A stretch of DNA of 58,224 nt, filler included, from Sluysia triapertura (Eukaryota): assembly GCA_046118255.1 (NCBI GenBank). It is 4 parts of 4 records of this genome, joined end to end, with 100 filler letters (N's around TTAATTAATTAA, not from the genome) between each part and the next. Parts side by side here need not be neighbours in the genome. Positions count along the whole stretch, not along the records: positions 13,596 to 29,500 come from JBJNIA010215364.1; positions 29,601 to 42,899 come from JBJNIA010047679.1; 2 more parts are not named here. One strand, written 5' to 3'. The notes beneath the pieces were generated by a model. It saw nothing but the letters and a program-made list of their open reading frames with translations. It did no database searches and was not told the origin of the DNA. Position numbers and translations under genes: made by a program. Positions 26,269 through 39,789 of this stretch are shown in pieces. Every line of letters begins with the position of its first letter. The stretch's first letter is position 1.

Positions 26269-26896
26269 ATGGATGATAACAATATAATTTCAACGTCAAC
26301 AACATCTTCGATCACTTCAACCTCTACTACAGCTACTTCAAATTATTGTACACAAGTCGTCAAAACACCTGAAAGATTATTTACAAATACGATATTACAG
26401 AGATGTGAAAAAATCTCAGTATTTAAAATGTATCGAATGATAATTCTAACAGTGTTCTTTAGAAATATTATTCATCAGATGATAACATTATCATGGGATG
26501 TAACAATAATCGAATTCATTTGGACAGTTCAAATCTATTGAAAACGGTATTATGATTATTGAAGCAAGCATTGTGTATAAACATCATTCAATTGTTCCTA
26601 ACATTCATGTGTGCGCTGCCGCAATTGAGAAATTATTAGAAGAGTTATTAAAATATTCAGATTGTCATTTGTCTACTAGAGTCATCCCAATCGACTGTTA
26701 TGAAACTCAGTGTAATGATTCGTTAAGTCTGTATGATATTTCAATTAAATCTTCATCTTTTAAAAATTCGTATTATAAATTTACATCGAAAACAGATAAA
26801 TGCGAAATCAACAATGGTCGTCAAAATTCGTATGAAAAATTCGTCATAAATTTGGTATCTGCCTATATGGGACTTCAACCAATGGTCACTGTGTGA
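26269..26896 (+). CDS. Coding fragments of unknown product (S/T-rich N-terminus, short intron about 26420-26462)
   Basis: MDDNNIISTSTTSS...EKIS, GT-AG, KYYSSDDNIIMG...; adjoining ORF 26552-26896 is in another frame. Confidence 0.35.
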
Positions 26897-28235
26897 GGTA
26901 TGGTAAAAGCTGTTGATATGCTCATAAAGTTTCAGTTATTCAAATTTTAGGCAAAGAACAGAGCATTTTTGTGAATTTTATATTTTAAAGACTTTGAAAA
27001 TAATGAAAACTATATCAGTGGACTATATCAATGAACGCTCTACATAAGCAACTTAATTTTTGAATATAGATTGTTGACTTAGGTTTATACTTTTAGGAAA
27101 AAAACTCATATGACAATGGCTAATAAATTTAAAAATATTAGAATAATTGTTGTTATTATTCAATATTTAATGATTATAAAAATTGGTTCACAGGAGTTGC
27201 TTATATAGAGCGTCCACTGTATTTGATAAAGCTGTTCAGATTTCATCTAAAATCGTTGGTCCTCCAAAAAATAAAAATGTTTATGAACACTTATCGATTT
27301 TTAGAATATGCTTTATTCAAAAGTTTTGAATATTGAAGTTTATAATGATGCCATGTAGATTTTGTCTAGGTTTTCAATTGTTGAATGTAAACGAAGCAGA
27401 GAAATCGAAGATATGAAAAGAATACAAAATCCTCTTTTATCTAAAATAGTTGGTTCTTTAATGAATAAAAGTGTTTAAGAACATTTTAGTCAAACAACTA
27501 TCCAAGCGAAATCCAATTGGAAAGCTTTGAATCGTTATCAAGTCACGGATAAAAAACTTGATCATGATTTTAGAAAAGACATTAATTTAAATTACGTACT
27601 AACTGTTGCGAATCAAGTTCGAAATATCTGCGTAATAAGTCTCAGTCCCGTCAAAATGATGCTTAAGAGCTAAAGTCACTGCTTTAAATGCTGTCAAAGT
27701 TTCTTCACCAATTCTCTAATAACGATGAAATGGTCTGAATAAAAAATGTGTTCAAGATGCACTTAAAAGGTGCACCTTAGAATAATTTGTATTAGTAAAA
27801 AAATCATTGAATTTTAAATTATATACATCAAAAACGTCCAATGATCGTGGCTTGCTGTTTTTAAAGATCCTGCTTTTTTCTTGTCACAATTTAGTGCTAC
27901 TTAGTCTTCTCAGACTTTCAGGACTTTACTGTGCGTTGTAAAGTCACCTCATAAGACTCTAAAAACGTTAAACTTCTTAATTCACTTAAATAAATTTTAA
28001 TTCTTTTTACGAAACGCAATTCAATTTAATTTTTTCACGTAACTTTATATTATTTTTTCCTCTTTATGTTACTTTGTTTCTTTATGAAACTTTATTCATC
28101 TTTATATTATTTTAGACGTTTTAAGTTCGTCTATTTTCAATCCCCTTTAATTACTATTAAAATAAATAGAAATAAATCGATAAAAAATACAATATTATTA
28201 AGAATTTTATTAATCAATTTAAATATAATCTTTCA

Positions 28236-28393
28236 AAAATATACAACGAGTTGCCAGAGAATGTCAAATTACTGGAACATGATGAAATATTTAAGAAAAA
28301 GGCAAAATTCTTTCTGTTTCAGAAATATTATAGTGAATGATTTATTTTAAGCGTTTTGAGTACTTACTTTGTAGTAGACGTGAGCGCAATATA
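28236..28393 (+). mobile_element. 5'-truncated LINE ORF2 C-terminal fragment
   Basis: KIYNELPENVKLLEHDEIFKKKAKFFLFQKYYSE*; second copy at 8330-8520 (minus). Confidence 0.7.
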
Positions 28394-29027
28394 AATTAAT
28401 ATCTTATTCTTATTATCATTATCTCAATAATTTTAATAATTATAATTTAAAAATGATTTTTATTATTAGCATTATAATTAGAATTAAAAATATGTTATAT
28501 TTGAGAAAGATGAAGAGGTATCTATCGATCACTTAAAATTATTGGAGAACGGCCTTGAGTTACTGCAAAATGAGATAATAAATGTGAAAGTAAGCTTTGT
28601 CTATATTCTAAGTTCAATGATTTTTCATGATCTTTCTACTCTTAAACTCATTCTCCCTTGTTGTTATTATAATGTATTAGTCACTGTTTCATTTTAATTT
28701 TAGTTTTAAATTGAATATTTTAATTAGCGAAATTTCATTTTTCTAAATACATTATATTAATATTTGTGATGAATAAATACTTTTTTAAATTTCAACTACA
28801 AATAAATGTTCTTTGAAATATTCAACAACAAATTTACAATTTCCTCATATCCAATATCACAGCTAATAATGATAATGAAATTTCATATCAATTTTTTAAC
28901 ACAAGTATAACTTATAATATACATTTTAATATGGATATTAAATGCTAAGAAATGTCAGAATACGGCCTAAAGTTCAATAGAATAATTATAGTGTAATTGA
29001 CTTTAATAAAACCAAAATTGTCTGACA

Positions 29028-29080
29028 AGACTAATAGCGCAGCGAGAGAATCCAGGTTCTATTCCCGGTCAGTCCATTTT
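29028..29080 (+). pseudogene. Internally deleted tRNA-like sequence (tRNA pseudogene or SINE head)
   Basis: Acceptor-like GACTAA...TCAGTC, A-box-like TAGCGCAGCG, T-arm CCAGG-TTCTATT-CCCGG, ends CCA then TTTT; anticodon arm absent. Confidence 0.5.
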
Positions 29081-29500
29081 ATGAAGTCTAGCAGAATAAT
29101 ATTTATTGCGTCATTGACAAAAGCTCTTTCAGCTGTTCTGCGGCAAAAAACAAAATGAAAGGTAAAAAGAAGCTTTAAAGTATGAAACTACTCTTTGAAC
29201 ACTTTAAAACTATACCAAATTCATCTGTTTACAGAAACATGAATTGCATAGAATAGAATACGTAAAGAAAGGTGAAGAACAAAAGTAATGTTCCTTCATT
29301 GATTTCTTAGGGCCAATATATATGAATATTTTACTTATCTAATGGTTAATGGATCATTCCAATGAATCAATAATCCATCAGGATTGGAATCGAATCAAAC
29401 AAATCACAAATCAAGATTAGATATTTTTATATTAATTTCATTAATTTTTCAAGAAAGAGATGATAAAGTATTAATTTCAATGATTATAAGTTGTTATAAA

Positions 29501-29600
29501 NNNNNNNNNNNNNNNNNNNNNNNNNNNNNNNNNNNNNNNNNNNNTTAATTAATTAANNNNNNNNNNNNNNNNNNNNNNNNNNNNNNNNNNNNNNNNNNNN
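29501..29600. other. Artificial contig linker (44N-TTAATTAATTAA-44N)
   Basis: Identical to 13496-13595. Confidence 0.97.
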
Positions 29601-29692
29601 TTGCACATTTAATTAAATAATTTTTAAACTGTGCCGCCAAATTTTGAAATCTTTAAAATAGTGCCGCAACAAAAAAATGCTGATAATCACTG
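29601..29692. mobile_element. hAT (Charlie-like) non-autonomous element end
   Basis: gtgccgc subterminal repeats and ...gctgataatcactg terminus followed by CTCTAGAT, matching the NTCTAGAN target preference; other end lost in the gap. Confidence 0.6.
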
Positions 29693-30226
29693 CTCTAGAT
29701 GTTTAAAGTATTTAAAGTATTTAAAGTTTATGTAATTTAGCTTAAAGATTTACATACAAAATTTTGTGCAAAATTTTGGACCATCACATATAGGTTGTAT
29801 CAAAAAGAACTTATGCATTTTGCAACCGTATGAGCTATGTATATTATGCTCATTAAAGTATTTTTATAAATACTTCTTCAAAGTTACATTATGAAAAATT
29901 ATAATTAATTTATAAAATTGACCAAATCAAATTTTATACTGATCTTATGGTATTTTAGTTTGAAAGTATTTAAAATATATATTTTTTGTATTTCAACATT
30001 TTTGTTATAAATTATTAAAATGACTTAAAAGAGTGTACTTAGTATTGAATATATTTTAGTTTGACCTTCATCATACCTATTACCATGTCAACATAAATTA
30101 ATATTTAATTTTTCATAAATGTAACATGTTTTACACTTTAATAAAATGTGGTATTCACTCTTCGCATTAGCATTTCATTTGAACTTAATAAATATTAAAA
30201 TCTGATTATACTCTACAGAATACTAT

Positions 30227-33200
30227 ATGGCTCGTATTACTCAATATAGAAGACAAGTTTCCGAAGTAGTTAATTGGAATCAATTAAAAGCTAATAATGA
30301 AACGTTTTTCCTTCTACGAGAAATTGGTCCAACAGGATTTATTGTCCAAGAAGAAGGTGATACCAAAAAATTTAAGGTATGGTTTTTGGTATGAAATTAT
30401 GAAATTACATGAAGGTCTGTTTAGGAGATCCACATTCTTGCTCTTGCAACGATTTTAAAAAGGAGAAAGATTTATGTAAACACATATGTTGGATTTTATT
30501 AAAACGCTTTCGGCTTGATAAAGATGATCCATTGAGTTGGCAGTTAGGGTTAGTTGAACGAGAAATCAATTTTTGGTTTAATGAATAATTCAAATTCAAA
30601 GCAAAATAAAAAAAAGTAAAGAGACAAATGCTACAAATGAAGAACCAAATACATTATTAATTCATCAGAGGCGCATAGAACCTGATGATGTATGTCCAAT
30701 TTGCCAAGAAGATTTATTAGATTCTCGTCGACCAGTAACATATTGTCGAAATGGTTGTGGAAATAATATTCATATTCGATGTATGTCGATTTGGACTGAG
30801 CATAAGAAAAAAGAAATAGGATTAAGTGAGATAATTTTAATTTTTAAGTTAATACTACGTTATATAAAATAAAAGAATTTAGTTTAGCTTATATTTAAAA
30901 TATATAAATTTTAATTAATGTGTAGCTTACAGGAAAAGAAATAATAAAATTGGTCTACCAAACATTTAAATGAGTATTTTATATATTTTTAAGTATAAGT
31001 AATCTTCTAGAGAAATCTTTTTCAGAATTATAACAAATACATCCATTTAAACATTGTTAAGTTAAGTTGCATGTTTAGTTTGGATTAGTGCATAAATAAC
31101 TTAACAATATACTAACAGTTCGTTATATTGTGACGCATTACTTATCATTTTGAAGACTAATTGAATTGTAATTTTTTAGCAGCCAGTCATTTAATTACTA
31201 AATATTACTTTAAAATAAGATAAAAACGAATGATTTATAGCACAAAACTGTTGCAGTTATCGAAAAATTGCAAAACAGTTCAGACTTTAAAAAATTGTAA
31301 TAGATGAAAATAAGAATATAAAAAGAACAACTTTTAGGTTGACATCGTAACCCTTCAAGAAAATTATAATAAAGATATATATTAATAATAATAATTTTAA
31401 ATAATCAATGTCTAAGTAACAATATATTACTTAATAAAATAAGTAAGTAATATTAAATTAAATTTTTTAAATAATTTCATAATTTATTTGTTAAAATACT
31501 GATTTTACAAATTTAGCAATTTTATTTCAGTGTTTATTATGAAGCATTTTTTTTAATGCAAATAAATTTTTATTTTTATAAAATTTAAATTTTATAAGGT
31601 TGTATATTCCTTTGCGGAATAAATAACAACATCACTAAAAACATCGTTTTTTTGCCCTATTTAATGAGGGATAAAATCTCATTAAAGTAATTTTATATAA
31701 AACGAAAAGAAGTTAAAGTCAAAGACCTTTAATCTTTAACACTTTGTAAATATTGATCGCCTCAGAAAATCTTTGTCAGAATTACTTTATTTTCTGGAAT
31801 TTTTTTGTAGCGAATAAAATTGCTGATTAATTAAGTAGTTTTAAGTTTTATTTTTGGTATTAAAGAACTAAATTAAACAGCTTTAAAATAACCTTCAATA
31901 ATACTTTTAGGTGCATATTTTAATAAATACGACTTTAAATTGACTTGTTCAGTGTGAATAAAATAAACATCTCATCTACAAGTTCCATAGGTTTTATGCT
32001 AAATAATTAAATTCATGGCTACAGATGAACCTACTTTATGTTTTAAGTCGCGGATTGTAGCCGAACCCATTATGATTACTTATTTTGTTTCGGAATTAAG
32101 AAAATAAAATTCATTTTAAGTGGTAAAAGTGGAAAACAGAATGATTAAATATAAAAATTGAAATTGTTTTAACTATATCTCTTTCGTTTGTGAATTCAAA
32201 CGAAAACTGAAATGATTTACAACAGAAATTGGATGATACACAAAGTATTTAAAACGCACAGAGAAACAAAAGATTTTTTCGATTGTTTTGCGGACCTTGC
32301 TTCATTAAAAATCGAGATTATTACTTAAACTCTTAACGCATGCTTATTTTGAAAAAAACAAGCTACATATATCAGTTTCTTTATTTAACCCTTTCAATAC
32401 GACTTTTGGCCAGTGAAGATATTTCAGTATAATTGAACTAAATGTGTTGTAAATAAGGAAAGGAACGTGCTTACATAATTTCAGATTTTTAGAAAATATA
32501 GTTCTTGAAAAAATTCCTTGGGACACATATCCCTGCAGTAGTTTAATTATGGAATAAATACATTCTCTGGGACTTATATATCCCCAGAATTGAAAATTTT
32601 AATTGTAATTTTGGATTTTGATCCACATTGCAGATAAGAGCCATACATCAACTTTTATTATATTTCATTTCTAATTTGTATTCATTTTTGTATACTTTTT
32701 CAACAGAAATAATAATAATAATAATAAAAGTAGTATTTATTTAAAAAAATGATGTCAATAAAATGACCCCGCTTGAATTATCTCGATTGTGGGCAGTTTG
32801 GCCTGTTTAGTGCGCTCGAATTAACTCAAGCGTGCTCGTTAAGAGGTTAATTATATTAAATACATTTGTAAAATGCTGTATAACAAAGAGAATAAGTGTC
32901 AAACTTCTACTTTATTAAATTATTTGTTTCCCAGATTTGTTACCCAAATAGAAAATAATTATAATTGATTATTATAATTTTTCAAGATAATATTTGAATG
33001 CATGTGTGAGTGTCTGTCGAATTTAGGAGTTTTAAGTATAATAAAATTATATGATCAAATTATGTGATAAGATTAGGCTGCAGTAAAAGGTCACATAAAA
33101 TTAATAATAATAAAAGTGAAGAGTTAGAGTAAGCTCAATTTCTAATGAAAGTTAATTGTAAGGGTAAACAATCATTAGAAATTAGATTGTTAGTTTTAAT

Positions 33201-33750
33201 CATAAACTCCGTTATTAATTTTTATTTGATTTAAATATATTGAAATATAGTTTTACAAAGCTCTTAAGGCTTTTTTTGGAATTAAACTATACTTTTAGTT
33301 GAAAAATGAGTTATAATTATACAAAGTATTCATGTTTAAACATGTTTAAGTGTAGAATAAATAACGTAATTTTATTATTTTACTGCGAATCAAAAAATGA
33401 CTTATTCAGAATCCACTGATTACATACCATGTCCAATATGCCGTGGAGATTTTGTTACTGTTCAGTTTTTGATAGAAGAAAGTAAGAATTGTCAAGATAC
33501 ACGTTACTCTAATAAAACTGCTGGTATTGTTATTGTTCGTCACCATGGCTACGCTTGTTGTAATTGTCAACAAGATCCAATTGAAGGCAAAATGTACAAA
33601 TGTATTGTCTGTAAGAACGATTCTAAGGATTATTATTTATGTTCATCGTGTTTCAATGATAATTCTATACATCCGAATCATAAATTTGAATTTCGAGAAT
33701 ATTCGTGTGGGCGATGGAATCCAGCACCAGAAGCACGAGGTTTACATCCT
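30227..33750 (+). CDS. ZSWIM2: ZSWIM2-like E3 ubiquitin ligase (SWIM, RING, ZZ zinc fingers), 3' end not found
   Basis: Exon 30227-30376 (MARITQYRRQ...LLREIGPTGF...KKFK), 38-nt intron, exon from 30415 (VCLGDPHSCSC...LCKHICWILLKRF...WQLGLVEREIN), frame break 30576-30601, RING (DDVCPICQEDL...YCRNGCGNNIHIRCMSIW) to 30825, long intron, phase-matched exon 33410-33750 (CPICRGDF...CCNCQQDPIEGKMYKCIVC...LCSSCF...HPNHKF). Confidence 0.88.
32325..32850. mobile_element. piggyBac-like non-autonomous element in the ZSWIM2 intron
   Basis: TTAA at both ends; left actcttaacgcatgctt vs right (reverse complement) cctcttaacgagcacgctt; subterminal palindromes; a second ttaaccctt end at about 32386. Confidence 0.5.
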
Positions 33751-34040
33751 GTTTGGGATAATAAAAATTTATTCAAAAAATATAAAATTTTGATTTTTAT
33801 TATAATTTATTTACTTACAATAGTGAGTAAGTAAATTATAAATAAAAATTATAATATACCTTAAAAACTTTTTTTGTCTGTATTTACAACTTACTTTGAA
33901 CATTAACCTGAATATATTGGCAAACGTTTTATTTAATAACTGCAGTTCAATGAATCTCGTTTTTGTATTCTGTACGATTATATCCCAGTCAATGATATCC
34001 ATACCTGAAATGATAAAATAATAATAAAATTTAATGTATA

Positions 34041-34865
34041 ATGAATCGATACACGTTCAATGTTTGGATACGCATCACATCAAAATTGCTTCGTACCATC
34101 TTTGTGCGGAATTTGTCAATATTACGATCGTTCTGGTATAGGAGTAATGAGATCCTCATCACGGCATCACTATTTGGTCTGGTTTTGGCAGTATGCCTCG
34201 GTTCTTCTACGAGTTTTTCGCATGCTTTCACGACATTGTGTGGTTTTAGTGAAAAATTAAGATGTTCACATAAAGTACGTAGCGAAATTGAATTTATTGT
34301 CATGAACGCAATGGAAATGCAAGTCACTGCTCCCTATGTTAATGTATTAGCGGCATTTACTAGATGTGGAGAAAAGGATGATTTATTATTTAATATTATG
34401 TATGATCATTCTATTCAAAAAAATGGTTCGTTGATCGATGTTTTAATTAGAGTTATTGTTGGTTCTGATATAGTTGTAAATTTTTTAAAATTGGATAATG
34501 TGTTTTCGTTTATAAATCATTCTATTTCATATATTAATGCTATACTAACAATCGTTATAGTATTAGCATATTTAGTGGAAACGTCTCAAATGTTATTTCG
34601 TGGTACAATAATGGCACGTCATCAATTATCAATTATATTCGTTATTCATCTCATCTGCTTGGTGTTATGTTCCTCTAAAATTGGAAAATGGATACTATGC
34701 GACATTATCTCGCCCATAGATGATGGTTTCTTCGATACGATTATGAAAGACGCAGACAAAACAGAAAATGAACAATTTATGAGTAAAGGTAATAAAGATA
34801 TCTATATTATACCAGATATGTACATTCGTGTTGATTCATTTTTTGATCTTTTTTTAATAAACTAA
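34041..34865 (+). CDS. Orphan ORF, 274 aa, with several hydrophobic segments
   Basis: ATG-initiated long open frame; no domain recognised. Confidence 0.4.
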   Translation: MNRYTFNVWIRITSKLLRTIFVRNLSILRSFWYRSNEILITASLFGLVLAVCLGSSTSFSHAFTTLCGFSEKLRCSHKVRSEIEFIVMNAMEMQVTAPYVNVLAAFTRCGEKDDLLFNIMYDHSIQKNGSLIDVLIRVIVGSDIVVNFLKLDNVFSFINHSISYINAILTIVIVLAYLVETSQMLFRGTIMARHQLSIIFVIHLICLVLCSSKIGKWILCDIISPIDDGFFDTIMKDADKTENEQFMSKGNKDIYIIPDMYIRVDSFFDLFLIN

Positions 34866-35899
34866 TTTTTATAAATGTAGTGAAATACACCAAGTTGGAT
34901 TATTTTGTTTTTTTTATGCGTCTTAAATATTTGTCTTTTATTAATAAATTTGGGCCTTAAGCCCCTTTTAGCTATTAATTATACATTATATAAAATTTGT
35001 TTCCTTTTAATTAATTTTTATTTGAAGAAAGATAATTTTTATAAATTGATAGGAATAAAATTGCCCTCAACACTTTAGTAGATAACGTAAAAATTAGTTA
35101 TTTTAACTAATTTTGTAATTTAAAATTAAAGAATAAATACGTTCCAATGTCTAAGTATTGATAAAGTGTATATCAAATTGATGCTTATAAAGATACTAAT
35201 TTTAAAATGTTACTAAACTTGACGGTTGGCGCACAACATATTAATGAAGAATGCTCCTGTGAGATTTATTATTTCATAAATTTTATTTTTAAATTAAGTT
35301 GAAAAATTATATTATTGGTATAATAACAATGTAACAATATTTTAAGTGTTGATTAGGTGATATTAAGAAGATAAGAGGATTGTTGACCACAAATCCTATA
35401 TTATTAGATAATTAAAATTAGATTGAATTTGAACATTGACGAAATTGCTGCTGAAATTCAATCAGTAAAATTAGTCGGCTAAAGGAGAATAGACAACTTT
35501 AATTTCGATCTTTTTAAATTCTTGATTTTAATTTCCTACAGCACCATAATGCTGCTACATAAGCAGTTACATTTTTGCATAAAATTAGAAACACAAACGA
35601 CATAGATAGAAGTTAGATTTTAGTTACCAAAACTTTCTAGCTGAGGACGCTGCCTTGATACATCTGTAGTTAACGGTGATATCAGGGATTATTCTTTAGT
35701 AATTGAATAACATAAATATTTAGAGTTAGAGGACCTATGATTAGTGATTTATTTTAAATTGAATATATTTTACGAAGATTTAAGTTGTAGCCCCTGGTTG
35801 TGAATTGTTTATAAAGAGTAATTTGCGCTGTTATAGAGAGTTATTTGTAATATTGTTATAAAGAATAATTTGTATTTTGTTATAAAGAGTACTTTGTAT

Positions 35900-36320
35900 T
35901 GTCGTTGTCATAAAGAATAATTTATATCTTTTAATTGCAATTTTGTGATTATCGAGATTTTGCATTTGTTTAGTTATTAGGTTTTTATTAATAATTTGTA
36001 AAGCATGAAAGTATAAAAGACACAACACAACCAAGTATTGATCCTTGAGGAACTCCATGCTTTACATACCTCATTTGACTTCAAACCATTTTATTGCACT
36101 GAATGAGAGACATTCTTTTGAAATCACAAAGTAATATGTCATAATCTATTGCATAAAAAGCAGCAGAAGCAACAGCACCATTAAAACAATTTAAAATATA
36201 ATTTATTCTTAAGATAACTGTATCTGTACATCTGTCAATGCAAAAGGTGTACTTTACAAAATATAGTGGATGTTTTGCAGATCAGTAAAAGATTTAGAAG
36301 GTAATGGCGAGTTTTTTATT
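35900..36320 (-). mobile_element. Degenerate LINE (CR1/L2-like) reverse transcriptase fragment
   Basis: Ordered RT motif relics: CTDTVILR (STETALL-like), SAAFYAIDYDILL (SAAFDTIDHxILL), KHGVPQGSILG, ILYDND (YADD-like). Confidence 0.8.
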
Positions 36321-36960
36321 TAAACAAATTTATCTTAATAATTTGTCACTCAACAATAAATGAATTTAAATTTTACGAGTTCGTCTACGATCCTACACTT
36401 ACAAGAAAAGGCTAGTGCGTAGGATTTTGAAAATATTTAACTTAAAAGTAGTAATGGAGGTCAATTAACTTTTCAATGATATTGTTGACTATAGGTAAGC
36501 TATATTGTTAAACTTTTATTGTTATAACGAAAATGGAGGTTATCGAACAATTTATAATGTTTTACTGGATTCTGATTCCGCTTTTAAGCGAAGTTAAATA
36601 AAATTTTTAACCTAAACTTATATAACGGGTTCACTTTATAGGGAGATAAATTGTAATAATGATTTTACTACCGGTTCTATTTAAACAGAACTTACAGAAA
36701 TATCGGTCTTAAACACCGATGGCGTTGATTGTACTAGTGTTTTTTATGTAATCTAAAATACGGTTTAGATTCAGGTTCACCTAACTGAAGACGATCTCAC
36801 TGGATTTCTTTTTCTAAATACTGAGATTCTACGATTAGAATCGGATAGCTACATAAAATTTAACTTAAATTGATATTTGTGCATTTTCCTAAGATATCAA
36901 TGAATGTTGATCTATTCGGGTTCAAACTTTTGAAAATTTAATTCGCCACTAATATAAGCT

Positions 36961-37185
36961 TTTACTATTTTAATTTAACACTTAATAAACCTTTATTATT
37001 CTAATTTAACACTTAATGACCCGTTTTATTCTAATATCTTGATACAAAATTATTTTAAAACTTCAACAAATATTACTAATTCAACACTCAATAAAGTTTT
37101 TCATTATTCTAATTTGACACTTAATAAACTTTTTATTATTCTAATATATTAAAACAAAGTTATTTCAATACTTCAATAAACAACA
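36961..37185. repeat. Minisatellite with higher-order A-A-B/A-A-B structure
   Basis: A = ttattctaatttaacacttaataaac (about 30 bp); B = ttattctaatat...caaaattatttNaaNacttcaa; block repeated twice. Confidence 0.7.
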
Positions 37186-38337
37186 AATATTAAATACTAA
37201 TATATATTGATTTTAGTTAAGATTTAAAGTTTAACATTGTGGAAATTAGTTGTGAGATTAGGATGTGTGATTAAGATTTTTAATTTGGATTAAATGCCTT
37301 ATCCTTAACGTAAGCACATAGATTCGCAGCTTTTAATTGTGGTGGCCAACCTATTATCTTAATAAATTTTATTAAAAATTTATTTAAGTATATTTCACAT
37401 TCACAAAAAAAATCCATTAAAAACATTTCTTTGAACATAAGTTTTTGCCAACATAGCACTCACCCCCCAAAATCTACAACTCACATTTCTAAATTCACAA
37501 ATAATACAAAAAATAATTAAAATCTTACTCGTTTCAACACTACACAACAACCTTGCAAAATCCCTCACAACCGTTCTTATACCTCAATTCTTTTCACATT
37601 CACCAAAATAAACTCCCATTTTTCAAAACATTTCAAATCTACAATTTACATTCAAAAATTAACATAAAACAATATTAAACTAAATCAACATATTCTACAT
37701 AAAACCATACTCTATAACATTTTAACATTCTCATATTTACCTCCTCTACATTCTCTAAAACAATTCATCCTCTAAAGTCAATTTAAATCTACAACCTTAT
37801 AGCATATAAATCACGGTGACATTCAATACCATCAAATTACATTAAAAATTCATCCAAAATATTTTATGTTTCATCTCTGAAGAATTCAGTTTCAGCCACA
37901 TTCGAAATTAATTATCATACACTTTTAAATCATCTCAAATATTCTAAATGCACGATCTTTTATCATTAAATCCTAACAACCAAACATGACTTTCTTTCAA
38001 AACACCAATGCACATCCATCACTCATTTTAACATTTACACTATTCCAAAGTACTCAAGTCATAACCTTCTACACTCTATTAACATCTTCGGTTAGAAACT
38101 TTATTTCATTCACAACATCAATGTATATTTAAAATCCATGTAAAATAATTATATCATTTTTAAAAACTTAAATCGTAAGTTTCTATATCATAGCAATTAA
38201 CCTCCATACACCATTAAAGATATCTAGTTTTTTGAATAGATTTTAATATGTTCAGAAGGCAAAGACATAAAAGAAATATCATGTATATTTCACAGAACAC
38301 AGAATTTATGCTTTTCGGGATAATAATAATAATAATA

Positions 38338-39789
38338 TGTGGTGGCCAACTCACTACTCTGAATAAAATTCACAAAAAATTCAAACATATTAAAATCTCA
38401 TAAACTTTCAAATATACTTTATTCATTTTAAATCCAAATCAAAACTAACTCATCATATCTAAATCATGCTCTTTAGCAACATATAACAATTCTGTAAAAT
38501 TCATCTCAATCACTTTTATATTTCATTTCGCTTTAGATCCATCAATATAAACTTTCACTTTTCAAAACACTTCAAGTCTACAATCTCATAGCATACAATA
38601 CCATCAATTTACATTAAGTTATTCATCAAAAATATTTTATTCGACATCTCATAACAATCCAACTACAACTACATTCGAAATCAGTTACCAGATATCTTCA
38701 AATCAATTCAGATATTCTAAAGTTATAATCTCTTATCAATTAACTTCTAACATCAAAACATTATTTTATCCAGAACATTAGACTGAAGTAACTAAATTTT
38801 CACTAAACACGTATCAATCTTTTTAAAACACAAATTCACAATTTCGTAAACTTTATCTCTTTTTTGAAGTTTAATATGTCTAGAAATTGAAGAATAAAAG
38901 AGAGATTGTGTATAAGTTCTAAAAGATAAAGAAATTTATGTGTTTTGGTTAATAATAATAATAATAACACTCTTGTTATTATTATTATAACCATTTTTAA
39001 ATTTATCATTTTTATTTTTATTTTTTAAACTATTAAATTGTAAATAAATCAGTAATTACCACCATCCATGTTGACATAGCTAATCACTATGTACAAATGC
39101 ATGTCAACATGCATGGTGGTTTATCTTTCGTTCATTTCATGATGAATGCTACAAATCACATCCATGGCTAGAATTAGCCAATAGAAATGTTAAAAAGTAA
39201 AAGAGAATTTTAGCCAAGAATTTTACAGTATTATACGTATGTCAGCAAACAATTTATCAGTACTATTAAACAACTAATCAAGAAACAACTACAATTTTTC
39301 TATGCACTAAAATAATTTTTCAAAAATTAATTGATCTCAATGTATAATTATAAATGTTAATTTATGAATAATAACCTCACTAATTTATTTTAGCAATAAT
39401 CAATTAGCAGCAAAATTTAGAGTAAAAATTAGAATCTTTTTAAAAAGCATATCAATGATGCTGATCTTATAGTTAAAACTCATAACAACGATGACGAACT
39501 TAAAGTTAAAAGTCATAACAACGATGATGATTATGATAACAAATATAATAACATTAAAGTTAGAGGTTATGACAACCGTGAAGATTACTACAAAGAAGAT
39601 ATGATAACGATGATTATAAATATATTAATCGTAAAGTTGAAAGTTACCATATTAGTGATGTCAATTATGGTTTATCTTAAAAGAAACTTTTATAATTCAA
39701 TTAAATATTATATTAAATAAAATTCATAAAATTTATCAATTAAAATTAAAATTTAATTTAATACTTCATAAATATACAAAATCACAATA
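38338..39789 (+). mobile_element. Nested solo LTR (family A, 1452 bp)
   Basis: Starts TGTGGTGGCCAAC like 37338, ends atcacaata; TAATA on both sides (38333-38337, 39790-39794); the outer copy resumes in register afterwards. Confidence 0.75.
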
